NCBI GenBank assembly: GCA_043228905.1
Contig: JBHGNT010000016.1
Span: forward strand, 3,286,001 to 3,350,000
DNA length: 64,000 bases
Reading direction: 5' to 3'
DNA from: Azolla caroliniana
Taxonomy: Eukaryota > Plantae > Polypodiophyta
This document shows positions 62,452-64,000 of this stretch, piece by piece. Position 1 is the stretch's first letter. Each line of letters begins with the position of its first letter. The notes beneath the pieces are model-generated. The model had not been told where the DNA came from. It did not search any database and saw only the letters and a list, made by a program, of their open reading frames with translations. A program made the translations under genes and the position numbers.

Positions 62452-63965
62452 TGTTGAGAATCGAACTCAACTTCCCTTAGAGATAGTGTTCACACTAGTC
62501 AGTGAACATCAGACTAAGCTAGTTTTGTAATTAGTAGAAAGGGCACTTGCCCTAGATCAACTGGTATTTAAACCAACATTTTGTAACTTAGTTATTGTTG
62601 GATGTAATTCTATTTTTTATTAATACATCTCCTTGTTCAAGCTCTCTCTCTCTCTCCCTCTCTCACACCTTACGTGTACTCACACACAAACACACAAAGT
62701 TCGCTCCCGTTGCATAGCACCACCTACGTCTCACCTTCTTCACATGGTATCAAAGCGTGTGGTTATCTAATCAAACTTGCTCAACTATGTTGTGATCACA
62801 ACACTGACGACCATCAGAACCGATTCAATCAACAGAGAAAGAAATCGACATTATGAATACTCAGATGGGAAGCACTCTTCTTACGGAGAAGCTCGACAAG
62901 ACAAACTTTGCATATTGGGAATACAAGATGCATCAATACCTTGTTGGAAAAGGTTACTAGAGCTATATCGAAGGAGCTCACGAAACGCAACCCAACCCAA
63001 CCCAACACACGCCGACTACCTAATGTGGGAGCAACCCGCAACCTATGTGTTGTATTGCCTTGCATCATGTGTTCATGATTACATGCTTGGTTATATTCGA
63101 GAGTCGAAAACGCCGAAAGAAGCTTGGGGCAATCTCAAGAAGATTTTTGCGGCCAATACGGCTACACAAAAGCTCCAACTCCGACAGGAGTTGAATAACC
63201 TACAATCGAGGGATATGTCGATCACTAGCTATACCTTGAAGATCAAGGAGTTGTGTGACGTCCTCGAATCGATCAACGTCATCATGGATGATGACGAGAT
63301 GGTGCAAATATGCCTCGACGGCTTGGCACCTCAATTTAGCACAATTATATCGGTCATTCTCGCAAGGGAGAATTTGCCTTCGTTTTTCGACCTTCAGTCG
63401 ATAGTATTGATGGAAGAAAATCATACCCGACAAAGGAGCAATGCACTCGATGGTCAGATGCGCTACTCCCAGTCGGATGATAGAAGAGGATTCGACCAAG
63501 GAAATAGAGGTTGATTTGGCTGAGGGTGACAGAGTCACCGACTAGCCACGCTTGAGGGGGAGTACTGAAAGAACATCAGTAATCGCAGAAGTCAATCGAA
63601 GCCGACTAGAGGAGTTGAAGTACGATGATAATCAAGCCAAACAAAGACGTAGCAATCGAACAATCGAAATTGTAGGCCATGTCGACTAACCTTTCGAAAG
63701 CCGATTCAACCGAATTGAAGATTCTCGAGGAGCGAACTGAACTAGCTTTTCGACATCTGGAAGTTCTGTTCGAAGGGGTGTGTTGAGAATCGAATTCAAC
63801 TTCCCTTAGAGATAGTGTTCACATAAGTTAGTGGACATCATACTAGGCTAATTTTGTAATTAATAGAAAGGGCACTTGCCCTAATTAGTTGGTATTTAAA
63901 CCAACGTTTTGTAATTTATTTATTGTTGGATGTAATTCTATTTTTTACTAATACATCTCCTTGTT

Positions 63966-64000
<35 letters not shown>
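62452..64000 (+). mobile_element. Short non-autonomous copia-type LTR element carrying only gag (3' LTR runs off the window)
   Basis: 5' LTR 62452-62744 (TG...CA); PBS TGGTATCAAAGC at 62745; purine tract GAAGGGGTG before the 3' LTR at 63781; internal region only ~1 kb. Confidence 0.9.
62853..63514 (+). pseudogene. Copia-type gag remnant
   Basis: EKLDKTNFAYWEYKM... with a TAG stop and a frameshift in a CCAAC repeat near 62990, then KTPKEAWGNLKKIF...LRQELNNL...SITSYTLKIKELCD. Confidence 0.8.

Overview
AT-rich eukaryotic DNA from a land plant. The TE spectrum suggests a fern or other non-flowering plant, but that is inference. The window holds a tandem cluster of intronless L-type lectin receptor-like kinases: three intact genes (B 8681-10852, D 24936-27071, E 37524-39773), a frameshifted kinase-less copy on the minus strand (A), a 5' fragment (C) and two inverted kinase-tail relics. 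The gene units share duplicated flanks and a common hAT-type MITE insertion. Much of the rest is retroelements: three L1-clade LINEs (one nearly intact, with a TSD), an RTE-X-like LINE fragment, a full-length Ty1/copia nested in a LINE, and a short gag-only LTR element. The most unusual signals are (1) two different solo-LTR-like inserts with TGTCG...CGACA ends that both duplicate the same 4-bp target ACGT, plus a third TG...CA element with a 4-bp TSD; (2) repeated tRNA-like Pol III A/B-box modules inside two of these LTRs; and (3) a minimal type I hammerhead ribozyme directly downstream of a TATA box, of the kind typical of Penelope-like elements. All calls are from reading the sequence by eye; no searches were run.
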